Source: an uncultured Planctomycetia bacterium (GTDB taxonomy: Bacteria; Omnitrophota; Gorgyraeia; 2-01-FULL-45-10). Taken from it: a stretch of DNA of 64,000 bases. Position numbers and translations under genes: made by a program. Below, piece by piece: positions 9,243 to 17,373 of the stretch (the stretch's first letter is position 1; every line of letters begins with the position of its first letter). The notes beneath the pieces are model-generated. The model made no database searches and was not told the origin of the DNA. It saw nothing but the letters and a program-made list of their open reading frames with translations. Location of the stretch: assembly GCA_964450115.1 (NCBI GenBank), contig CAYVCD010000001.1, forward strand, positions 8,410 to 72,409, read 5' to 3'.

Positions 9243-9581
9243 CGGGCAGGCGAGACCTTGCGGGGTAGCAGCCGAAGCGGCGTTACAAATTTCACTTCGC
9301 TCTACGTGAGAAATCCCTGAGCTCCGTGGAATTTCCTACTTGTAAGCGAGGGAAATTTTGATACCTTATGGCAATATAGAAAGGCCGGACAAACTGCTCA
9401 AGCTATGTATGGTTGGCAGGTTGGACGGCCATCAAAATTTGTCCGAGCAAATTTACTTGCCTAATGTAAATTTCACTTCGCTCTCCATGAGGAATCCCCG
9501 AGCTTCGTGGAATTTCCTACTTGCAAGCGAGGGAAATTTGCGTCCGCTGAGGCGCTACCCCGCAAGGTCCACGCCTGCCTG
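9243..9581 (+). repeat. Structured element B, copy 2
   Basis: Near-identical to 5105-5446, with substitutions concentrated in the terminal stem. Confidence 0.88.
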
Positions 9582-9612
9582 TAGTAGAACGCCAGGTATT
9601 TCAGTGAAAGAT

Positions 9613-9641
9613 TTGACTTGGATGAGAGTGTATGCTATACT
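9613..9641 (+). promoter_or_regulatory. Sigma70-type promoter of the secretin cluster
   Basis: TTGACT-17nt-TATACT. Confidence 0.65.
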
Positions 9642-9646
9642 TATTA

Positions 9647-9670
9647 TACTTTAAGTAATTACTATAACTA
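9647..9670. promoter_or_regulatory. Conserved operator-like motif before MerR-HTH gene 1
   Basis: tactttaagtaattactataacta; 23/24 match at 11644-11667; contains the palindrome agtaattact. Confidence 0.6.
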
Positions 9671-9677
9671 CTACTAT

Positions 9678-9899
9678 ATGGCCAAGATCTCCGCACAGGA
9701 CGTCGTAAAGAAGTTCGGCATCAAGTACCATACCCTCAATTTCTATACCACCATAGGCTTACTGCCCCTTTCGGGAAAGAACGGCAACCAGAGAATGTTC
9801 GATGAGGACGAGATCAGGTCGAGGCTGGCCCGGATCACACGCCTTTCGCAGGAAGGCTACCCCTTGAACCTGATACGCAAGAAACTGGTGGGCGTATGA
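9678..9899 (+). CDS. Stand-alone MerR-type HTH DNA-binding protein (copy 1)
   Basis: SAQDVVKKFGIKYHTLNFYTTIGLL...GNQRMF...GYPL..I winged HTH, no effector domain. Confidence 0.85.
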   Translation: MAKISAQDVVKKFGIKYHTLNFYTTIGLLPLSGKNGNQRMFDEDEIRSRLARITRLSQEGYPLNLIRKKLVGV

Positions 9900-11632
9900 C
9901 ATTCAAACGCTCTTATCCTATTGTAGTCTTCGCTATTCTTACTATGGCGATGGCCTTAACCTGTGCAGAGGGCGAGGAGGCGACAGCTCAAAATCCGACA
10001 CAGCCTGTCCAGGAAGCGACTACCGCGGTAAGGGGTGAGAACGCCATGATATCCCTGGACTTGAAGGGGATAGACATAATAGAGCTCTTAAGGATACTAT
10101 CTCTCAAGACCGGCCTGACCATAGTCCCGACCAAAGGCGTTTCCGGCAGGGTCAACGTGTATCTCAATAATCTCACTTTCGAAGACGCCTTCAACATAAT
10201 ACTCTTAAGCCAGGACTTAGCCGCAGACAAGAAAAGCGGCGTCATAAACGTCATGACATCCGCCGAATATGAGAAGATATACGGCAGGAGGTATGCCGAC
10301 AAGAGGAAAGTCAAGATCCTGACGCTCGCTTACGCCAAGCCCTCCGTAGTATTCAATGCTCTGGGACAGCTGAAGTCCGATATAGGAAAGATCATAGTAG
10401 ATGAAGCGACCGGAACAGTATTTTTGATCGATATCCCAGAAAAACTGAAACTGATGGAAGATACCGTAAAAGACCTTGATCAGCCTCTCGATACCGCGGT
10501 ATTTGAGTTGAAATACGCTAAACCTGCGGACATAAAGGCCCATCTCTCTACGGCCATCACAGCCGGACTTGGGGAAGTATTTGTCGATGAGAAGGCCGGG
10601 AAGGTAGTAGTATCGGATCTTCCGTACAAGATAGATAAGATACGTAAGATGATAAAGTCCTTCGATTCGGCGCCTCTACAGGTATTTATAGAGGCTGAGA
10701 TATTGGAAGTCCTGCTTGATGATAAATTTGAAAGAGGCATAGACTGGGATGCGATGATATCCGGGAAGGCATGGCAGAAGTGGCTAAGGGTAGGCACCAT
10801 AGATCTAAAAGGCTTTTTCCCATCCACTCTGACTATCCCTTCTCAAAAGATTACGGTCGGCACTCTGAAGGAAACAAATTACACCTCCATTATAAGATTC
10901 CTCCAGACATACGGCGATACGAGGACTCTCTCCCGTCCGCGTCTTGCGGTAGTGGATAACCAGGAGGCCAAGATATTGGTAGGGACGAGGCAGGCTTATG
11001 TGAGCCAGACCCTGAGCCAAGGGGGGACGAGCACTACCGTAACATCGGAAAGCATCCAGTTCGTGGACGTAGGCGTTAAATTAAACGTAGCCCCATCCAT
11101 ATCGAGTGACGGATTCATAGTGATGAAGATAAGGCCCGAGGTGAGCGCGGTCGAGACCACGATCACGACATATCTCGGAAGCACCATACCTATAATAAAG
11201 ACCTCTGAAGCCGAAAGCGTCGTTAAGGTCAAGGACGGCACCATGATAATTATAGCGGGTATGATCAAAGAGGAGAACCCGGATGATATCACAGGCTGGC
11301 CATACCTGTCTAAGTTAAAAGGCGCGGGATTTTTATTTGGCAAGAGAACCGTTCAAAAAAGGCGTACCGAGCTCGTGATATTCATTACACCTCATATTAT
11401 TTCGGGCGAAGCGCCTGTGGATGATCACACGATCGAAGACCTGATGCCGGCAGAGATCGTACCGTGGGACGCGAAGAAAGACATAATAGACGATAAGATA
11501 AGGGAAGATATAAATTTTAAGAAAGAACCCAAGGCCAAAAACTATGCTCCAAAAGGTCAGGCGGCTAATTCAGGTCCGGAGAGCGGCCGAGGAGCTGTTA
11601 TGGGGAAGTCGAAAGGGGTTAAGAGTTATTGA
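9896..11632 (+). CDS. Secretin (GspD/PilQ family), copy 1
   Basis: ISLDLK N0 domain, LKYAKP N-repeats, QVFIEAEI, LSRPRL.VVDNQEAKILVG, DVGVKLNV.P, ELVIFITPHII. Confidence 0.92.
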   Translation: MTFKRSYPIVVFAILTMAMALTCAEGEEATAQNPTQPVQEATTAVRGENAMISLDLKGIDIIELLRILSLKTGLTIVPTKGVSGRVNVYLNNLTFEDAFNIILLSQDLAADKKSGVINVMTSAEYEKIYGRRYADKRKVKILTLAYAKPSVVFNALGQLKSDIGKIIVDEATGTVFLIDIPEKLKLMEDTVKDLDQPLDTAVFELKYAKPADIKAHLSTAITAGLGEVFVDEKAGKVVVSDLPYKIDKIRKMIKSFDSAPLQVFIEAEILEVLLDDKFERGIDWDAMISGKAWQKWLRVGTIDLKGFFPSTLTIPSQKITVGTLKETNYTSIIRFLQTYGDTRTLSRPRLAVVDNQEAKILVGTRQAYVSQTLSQGGTSTTVTSESIQFVDVGVKLNVAPSISSDGFIVMKIRPEVSAVETTITTYLGSTIPIIKTSEAESVVKVKDGTMIIIAGMIKEENPDDITGWPYLSKLKGAGFLFGKRTVQKRRTELVIFITPHIISGEAPVDDHTIEDLMPAEIVPWDAKKDIIDDKIREDINFKKEPKAKNYAPKGQAANSGPESGRGAVMGKSKGVKSY

Positions 11633-11643
11633 TATAATTGCTG

Positions 11644-11667
11644 TACTTTAAGTAATTACTTTAACTA
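11644..11667. promoter_or_regulatory. Second copy of the operator-like motif, before MerR-HTH gene 2
   Basis: tactttaagtaattactttaacta. Confidence 0.6.
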
Positions 11668-11674
11668 CATAACC

Positions 11675-11715
11675 CCGCACCTTCTTAATGGAGATGCGGG
11701 GAGGAGAAGGTGCGG
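11675..11715. repeat. Small palindromic insertion
   Basis: ccgcaccttct / agaaggtgcgg 11-bp stem, absent from the paralogous leader at 9670-9678. Confidence 0.6.
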
Positions 11716-11717
11716 TC

Positions 11718-11939
11718 TTGAAGAAGATCTCGGCTCAGGACATAGTGAAGAAGTTCGGCATCAAGTACCACACCCTTAACTATTACACTACGATGGGGCT
11801 ATTGCCCCTTTCGGGTAAGAGCGGCAATAGGCGTATGTATGACGAGAACGAGATACGGACGAGGCTTGACGATATCATGCGCCTTTCGCAGGAAGGTTAC
11901 CCTTTGAACCTTATACGCAAGAAGCTGGTGGGGATATGA
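11718..11939 (+). CDS. Stand-alone MerR-type HTH protein (copy 2)
   Basis: Closely similar to 9678-9899; a TTG start at 11718 gives the same length as copy 1. Confidence 0.85.
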   Translation: MKKISAQDIVKKFGIKYHTLNYYTTMGLLPLSGKSGNRRMYDENEIRTRLDDIMRLSQEGYPLNLIRKKLVGI

Positions 11940-12772
11940 GCTATTTTAAGATATTAGGATTGGACAGGGAGCCTTTTTCCACGAGCCCCGACCCCGCCTT
12001 CTTCTATGAATCGCAGGAGCACCACGCCGCTCTCATGAGGCTCATGATAGAGATACGTTTGAAGAGGGGCTTAAGCCTTATACTCGGAGACGTGGGGACT
12101 GGGAAGACGACGCTTTCGCGCAAACTCTTCCAGATGCTGAAGGAACGCACCGACATAATATTCCATATGGTGATGGACCCTACCTATGATAGCGAGAAGT
12201 TGCTGCTCGAATCTCTTATTCGTACATTCGGCATAGATATGGGCCCGGGGCCCGATCGTTCGATATTGGATTATAAGGAAGAGATAAAGAAGTATCTGTA
12301 CAGAACGGCGGTTGAGGAGAATAAGATAGTGGTCCTCCTGGTGGACGAGGCGCAGAAGCTGAATGCGATGTCGCTGGAGATCTTAAGGGTAATGCTCAAT
12401 TATGAAACCAATGAATTTAAGCTCCTGCAGGTGGTCTTGCTGGGCCAGCTTGAGCTTTTACCGCGCCTAAGAGAGATAAATAATCTATGGGACAGAATAA
12501 GCTTGAAGTACATGTTGAACCCGCTGGATGAAGAAGAGACTAGACAGATGATAGATTTCAGATTAAAGGCGGCGGGCTATAATTCACGTGTGGAATTTTT
12601 CACCGATGAGGCGATAAAAGAGATATATCAATACACCCAGGGGTATCCGAGGCGCATATCTATGCTATGCCATAACGCGCTTAAGGCTCTAGTTATGGTG
12701 AATAAGCCTATAGTGGATGTGAATATAATCCGCGACATAATGAGTAAGGATATATGGCAAAAGACGACATGA
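11936..12772 (+). CDS. ExeA/GspA-family AAA ATPase without a peptidoglycan-binding domain
   Basis: GLDREPFSTSPDP, GDVGTGKT, LLVDEAQ, LLGQLEL, QGYPRRI. Confidence 0.92.
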   Translation: MSYFKILGLDREPFSTSPDPAFFYESQEHHAALMRLMIEIRLKRGLSLILGDVGTGKTTLSRKLFQMLKERTDIIFHMVMDPTYDSEKLLLESLIRTFGIDMGPGPDRSILDYKEEIKKYLYRTAVEENKIVVLLVDEAQKLNAMSLEILRVMLNYETNEFKLLQVVLLGQLELLPRLREINNLWDRISLKYMLNPLDEEETRQMIDFRLKAAGYNSRVEFFTDEAIKEIYQYTQGYPRRISMLCHNALKALVMVNKPIVDVNIIRDIMSKDIWQKTT

Positions 12773-13380
12773 CGCCTGAAGAGAGGCTTTTGAAGATAAT
12801 CGAGAATCCGAACACCCCGAAGCGCCAGGAGTCTTTGGCCGCCAAAGTGAGATCGTTCGATCCCGGATCTATAAAGGAATGGTTCTCCGGCATTCGCATG
12901 GATAAGGACCTTCTTAAAAAGATAAACCTAAAGGCGATCAATAAGATAATAGCCGTAATATGCGCCCTCATTACCTTAATATGGATATTCGATTTTGGCA
13001 GGGGTGGCATAGCGCTGGCAAAGCGTTTTAAGAAGATCTCCTCCGGCGAATCTCTCGTTTCGTCGGATGAAGGTAAGTGGCCTAAAATAGACGTTACTAT
13101 AACAGATGCCACAATACAGGCAAGAAAACGGAATATATTTACATTTCTGCCTACAAAAGAAGAGGCAGCTTCTGCGGTAAGCGTGGGGCCGACATTGGGC
13201 AATTTTAAACTTGTCGGTATACTGTGGAGCGATAACCCGCAGGCGATGATAGAAAATTCGCAAGAGCAGAGAACATACTTCGTTTCAAACGGAGATAAGA
13301 TAGGCGAGCTGACTGTAAAAAAGATCCTAAGGGACAAGGTAATGCTTGGTAAAGATGATCAGGAGTGGGAGTTAAGATGA
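12754..13380 (+). CDS. GspC/PilP-like bitopic membrane protein
   Basis: One TM, RNIF motif, KLVGILW...AMIE...YFV..GD.I HR-like domain; lies between exeA and a secretin. Confidence 0.65.
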   Translation: MAKDDMTPEERLLKIIENPNTPKRQESLAAKVRSFDPGSIKEWFSGIRMDKDLLKKINLKAINKIIAVICALITLIWIFDFGRGGIALAKRFKKISSGESLVSSDEGKWPKIDVTITDATIQARKRNIFTFLPTKEEAASAVSVGPTLGNFKLVGILWSDNPQAMIENSQEQRTYFVSNGDKIGELTVKKILRDKVMLGKDDQEWELR

Positions 13381-15104
13381 GGCGAATATTATCGATATTG
13401 ATAATCGTCGTTTTCGTCTCCTCGTTCGTATATTGCGAGGAACCTACGCAAGAGTCCGAGTTGAAGGTTAGCGAAAAAGACTCCATGATATCCCTCGACC
13501 TAAAGGGTATAGATATAGTAGAACTCCTAAGAATACTCTCTCTCAAGACCGGCCTTACCATAGTCCCCACAAAGGGCGTATCTGGCAGGGTCAACATATA
13601 TCTCAACAATCTCTCATTTGAGGACGCCTTTAATATCATTCTCCTGAGCCAGGACCTTGCCGCGGACAGGAAGGGCAGTGTGATAAATGTCATGACATCC
13701 CCAGAATACGAAAAACTATACGGCAGGAAATATACCGACAAAAGAAGGGTCAGGCGCTTAAAGTTAAATTATGCTAAACCCTCTGTAGTATTCAACGCGC
13801 TCGGCCAGCTGAAATCCGATGTCGGCAAGATAATCGTGGATGAGGCGTCCGGGACGATAATACTTATCGATATCCCGGAGAAATTAAAGCTGCTGGAAGA
13901 AGCCGTGAAGAAGCTCGACCAGCCTCTCGATACGGAAACTTTCGAACTAAAATACGCCAAGCCCGCGGATATTAAGGCTCAGCTTTCATCGGCTATTACC
14001 CCGGGGCTCGGCGAGGTCTTTGTAGATGAAAAAACGGGCAAGGTCATAGTCTCGGATATGCCCGACAAGATAGCTAAGATCAGGCGCATGGTGAGAGCTT
14101 TCGACTCCGCGCCTTTACAGGTATTTATAGAGGCCGAGATAGTGGAGCTATTGCTTAATGATGAATTCCAACGCGGTATAGATTGGACCAAGGTCTTTGG
14201 AGAAGAGCAATGGATGAAGTGGTCCAAGCTTTTAGGCCTTTCTTTGGTAGGGGCATTTCCCGCGGTTCCTACTCTTGCGGCAGCTTTCCAGAAAGTCACT
14301 GTTGGAACGCTCGCTGCCAACAAATATACAGCCACATTAAAATTCCTCCAGACATACGGTAAGACGAGGACCCTCTCCCGTCCGCGTCTGGCGGTAGTGG
14401 ATAACCAGGAGGCTAAGATATTGGTAGGTAAGCGCGAAGCCTATGTGAGCCAGACTTTGAGCCAGGCGGGAACGGGTACCACCGTGACATCAGAGAGCAT
14501 ACAGTTCGTGGATGTCGGAGTGAAGCTTAATGTGGTGCCGTCCATCTCAAGCGACGGCTTCATAGTGATGAAGATAAAGCCCGAAGTCAGCTCGGTCGAG
14601 ACCACGATTGTTACATCCCTGGGGAGCCGTATACCTATAATCAAGACTTCGGAAGCCGAAAGTGTCGTTAAGGTCAAAGATGGCACTATGATAATGATAG
14701 CGGGCCTGATGAAAGAGGAGAATATCGACAGCATAACAGGCTGGCCATACTTGTCCAAAATGAAAGTGCTTGACGCTGCATTTGGGAACAGGACGACTAC
14801 AAAAAAGAATACAGAACTTATAATATTTATTACTCCTCGTATCATAACGGGCGAAGCGCCCGTAGAGGATAATGAGCTCGAAACGCTGATGCCGGCAAGC
14901 ATCATACCGAAGGATCTCAAGGAAGATATAATAGACGATAAGATAAAGAAAGATATAAATCTGAAGAAAAGAGAGAAAATGGGGACAGCGCCCCTTTTAG
15001 ACAAAAGCTATTTGAGTGCTAAAAAGGGCGCTGTCCCCATTTCTGAAAAGTCCGGCGTTAGCTTCGCCGACAAGATGAAAGGAATTAAAAAATATGAAAA
15101 ATAA
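13377..15104 (+). CDS. Secretin (GspD/PilQ family), copy 2
   Basis: Same motifs as 9896-11632, with long identical peptide stretches. Confidence 0.92.
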   Translation: MRRILSILIIVVFVSSFVYCEEPTQESELKVSEKDSMISLDLKGIDIVELLRILSLKTGLTIVPTKGVSGRVNIYLNNLSFEDAFNIILLSQDLAADRKGSVINVMTSPEYEKLYGRKYTDKRRVRRLKLNYAKPSVVFNALGQLKSDVGKIIVDEASGTIILIDIPEKLKLLEEAVKKLDQPLDTETFELKYAKPADIKAQLSSAITPGLGEVFVDEKTGKVIVSDMPDKIAKIRRMVRAFDSAPLQVFIEAEIVELLLNDEFQRGIDWTKVFGEEQWMKWSKLLGLSLVGAFPAVPTLAAAFQKVTVGTLAANKYTATLKFLQTYGKTRTLSRPRLAVVDNQEAKILVGKREAYVSQTLSQAGTGTTVTSESIQFVDVGVKLNVVPSISSDGFIVMKIKPEVSSVETTIVTSLGSRIPIIKTSEAESVVKVKDGTMIMIAGLMKEENIDSITGWPYLSKMKVLDAAFGNRTTTKKNTELIIFITPRIITGEAPVEDNELETLMPASIIPKDLKEDIIDDKIKKDINLKKREKMGTAPLLDKSYLSAKKGAVPISEKSGVSFADKMKGIKKYEK

Positions 15105-15465
15105 TATGCTTATGGTATCGATCTTAGTCGTCTCTCTGTCGTTTGCGGGATGCGCAAGGGTGCTGCCGAAGCGGATAAGCGTACAGGAGTCGGCCGCGGA
15201 AAAGGGCGCGCTCTATGAAGAGCTGGGGACCGCTTATACGAAGGCCGGCCTCTATGATGAGGCTATAGAAGCCTATAAGAATTCCCTTGTATGTGATCCT
15301 AATAACGCGGATATACATTATTATCTGGGCCTGCTTTACCAGAAGTCGAATAAAGATGTGGAGAAGGCGGTATTCCATTTTAAGAGGTACCTGTACCTGA
15401 AGCCGGACGCCAAGAACAGAGAAGATGTAAGGTACCTGATCGAGATGGTGCTGAATAAAAGATAG
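15094..15465 (+). CDS. TPR lipoprotein (pilotin-like)
   Basis: Lipobox FAG-C; two TPRs. Confidence 0.75.
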   Translation: MKNNMLMVSILVVSLSFAGCARVLPKRISVQESAAEKGALYEELGTAYTKAGLYDEAIEAYKNSLVCDPNNADIHYYLGLLYQKSNKDVEKAVFHFKRYLYLKPDAKNREDVRYLIEMVLNKR

Positions 15466-15476
15466 AGGAGCCAAGA

Positions 15477-16061
15477 ATGGGCAAGAATAAACAGTCGGCG
15501 ATCAATTTACCTATCATCCTTTCAATAGTTTTGGCTGTGATCCTGTCGGTATCTTTATGGCAGAATCACAGGGCAAGGATATACGAGGCTATCCTCGAAA
15601 AGAACATATTCTTGCTGAATGAAAATCTTATGCAATATCAGAGGTCGGATAAAGAGATGGTCTTTGGCGCGGACAACGAAGCGGCATCATACCTTAAGTG
15701 GAAGTTCGTTCTTAAAGAACAGGTGGATCAGACCACCCAGATATTCAGCGACAAAGCGGCTGCGTTAAAGAATGCCGGCAAAGATAAGGTCCTCGCTTCG
15801 CTTTTATACTACAACGCTGGATTGGCCCAGACTGTCAATTCAGACTTCTCATCCGCAATAGCGGCTTTTGAAGAAGCAGTAAGACTCGATCCTAAAAATG
15901 GTTACGGCTATTACAATCTAGGCATGCTCTACTGGGCATACGGTAAGAATAAAGCCAAAGCGCTCCATTGTTATAAAAAATATATGGAGATATTTCCGAG
16001 AGGTATTTATTCTGGCGTAGTCAAGGCCAGGATCGATCAACTAGAGGAGCTTAAACGATGA
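15477..16061 (+). CDS. Membrane-anchored TPR protein
   Basis: N-terminal TM; YYNAG.../YYNLG TPRs. Confidence 0.75.
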   Translation: MGKNKQSAINLPIILSIVLAVILSVSLWQNHRARIYEAILEKNIFLLNENLMQYQRSDKEMVFGADNEAASYLKWKFVLKEQVDQTTQIFSDKAAALKNAGKDKVLASLLYYNAGLAQTVNSDFSSAIAAFEEAVRLDPKNGYGYYNLGMLYWAYGKNKAKALHCYKKYMEIFPRGIYSGVVKARIDQLEELKR

Positions 16062-16768
16062 AGAATAAAGCATATGTAATAGCCATAGCCGCGCTGGCGG
16101 CGATCTTAGCGCTGGCATCCATCTTTTTCATACTGCACGCGAATAAATTAAAGAGTCAGATCAGCCAGAATAAGAATGCTATCCGGAACATAGAATCTGA
16201 ACTCTCCCGCGCGCGTGAAGAGAAGGAGAACATAACAAAGGCCAATGAGAAGCTCCAGGCCGATAGCGTATCCTATCTTGCTATAAATTCTAAGCTTGGT
16301 GATGAAAAGGAAGAGCTTAAGACCAGGCTTGATAAAGTCCAGAAGACTATAGATACGAAAGAAGCAAACCTTCAGAGGGTTCAGCAGAGGTTGGATGAGA
16401 TAGAAAAAGCTGCGGCCGCAAATAAGAAGGCCGAGGATGAAAAGCTGGCAAAAGATAAGAAGGTGCTGGAAAAGAAAGTTTTAAAGACCGCCTCGGCTAT
16501 AAAGAAAGAGAGGGGCGTTTATCATTACAATCTTGGCGTAGCGTACGCGCAGGCAAAGTTCTACGGCGAAGCGATCGAAGAATATGAAAAATCTATCAAG
16601 TTTGCCCCCGAAAACGCCGATACCTATTATAACCTCGGCGTATTATATGAAACCGTAGAGGCTGATACCGAAAAGGCTATAGCTAATTACAGGAGATACC
16701 TTGAGCTTAATCCAGCGCCAGAAGATATTGATGAGATCCGAGAGCGGATAAAGAGATTGGGCGGCTAG
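16058..16768 (+). CDS. Membrane-anchored coiled-coil TPR protein
   Basis: N-terminal TM, long heptad-rich segment, two C-terminal TPRs. Confidence 0.78.
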   Translation: MKNKAYVIAIAALAAILALASIFFILHANKLKSQISQNKNAIRNIESELSRAREEKENITKANEKLQADSVSYLAINSKLGDEKEELKTRLDKVQKTIDTKEANLQRVQQRLDEIEKAAAANKKAEDEKLAKDKKVLEKKVLKTASAIKKERGVYHYNLGVAYAQAKFYGEAIEEYEKSIKFAPENADTYYNLGVLYETVEADTEKAIANYRRYLELNPAPEDIDEIRERIKRLGG

Positions 16769-16777
16769 AGACTCTAA

Positions 16778-17065
16778 ATGCGAAATAATCTTTCGGTAGT
16801 GATCATCACCATTATAATTCTGCTGATGTCGGCCGGCATATATCTTTCTATAGATAGTTATGGTTTAAAGAGACGCATTGCGGAAAAGGAGAGAGAGTTC
16901 ATCGCCAGAATATCCGAGGAGCGCGATATATTAAAGAAGAGCTTGCAGGAGAGATACGGTGCGAGTATGGCATCTTACGAAGAGATGTATAAAATGATGG
17001 AAGCCCAGAAGAAAAAAGTTCGCGAAATAGAAGATAAGCTCCGAAAGACCGACGGCAATAGTTAG
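16778..17065 (+). CDS. Small TM + coiled-coil protein, homologous to the tail of 17374-18372
   Basis: KKSLQERYGASMASYEEM..KKK..EIEDKLR vs KKDLNERYHADMVSYEAM..EKKR..ELENKLK. Confidence 0.7.
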   Translation: MRNNLSVVIITIIILLMSAGIYLSIDSYGLKRRIAEKEREFIARISEERDILKKSLQERYGASMASYEEMYKMMEAQKKKVREIEDKLRKTDGNS

Positions 17066-17092
17066 TCGATAAAAAAGTAAGATGCCGGCCTA

Positions 17093-17120
17093 TTGACTAT
17101 TTTTAAAGGCGTGATATACT
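17093..17120 (+). promoter_or_regulatory. Sigma70-type promoter upstream of the riboswitch
   Basis: TTGACT-16nt-TATACT, the same hexamers as 9613-9641. Confidence 0.62.
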
Positions 17121-17140
17121 TATAGTAGAAATAAATAGAA

Positions 17141-17273
17141 GTCGAAAATGGCAAACCTGGGGTGACCCAGGGACGCCCGCCTGCCCGCATGTTTTGAGGC
17201 AGTCGGGACTGTCCGCCAGCAGGCGGGCAGGCAAAGTCGTGCATCCTGATGTAAGGAAAGGCAGACTGCCGAT
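17141..17273 (+). ncRNA. c-di-GMP-I (GEMM) riboswitch aptamer with a ~56-nt insertion
   Basis: GGCAAACC-tggg-GTGA-ccca-GGGAC..GCAAAG, P3 AGTC/TGC/TCCT..AGGA/GCA/GACT, 3' GCCGA; G at the specificity position. Confidence 0.8.
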
Positions 17274-17285
17274 GTGGGAGTAGAA

Positions 17286-17314
17286 CCCAGGTCAGTTTGC
17301 CTGGGATTTTTTTT
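17286..17314 (+). terminator. Intrinsic terminator (riboswitch expression platform)
   Basis: cccagg-tcagtttg-cctggg + a + T8; cagtttgcc is complementary to aptamer ggcagactg and ggcaaac. Confidence 0.72.
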
Positions 17315-17373
17315 CGGAATTTTTAAAAGTGCCACGCTGAATTATAGTTTTTGGTAAAAAAAGGAGAAATAAA

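Noticed and set aside
5105-9581. Composite transposon carrying the helicase, OmpA-LysM and PTS IIA between the two B copies
   Set aside because: The cargo looks like housekeeping genes, with no transposase or target duplication; independent insertions are simpler.
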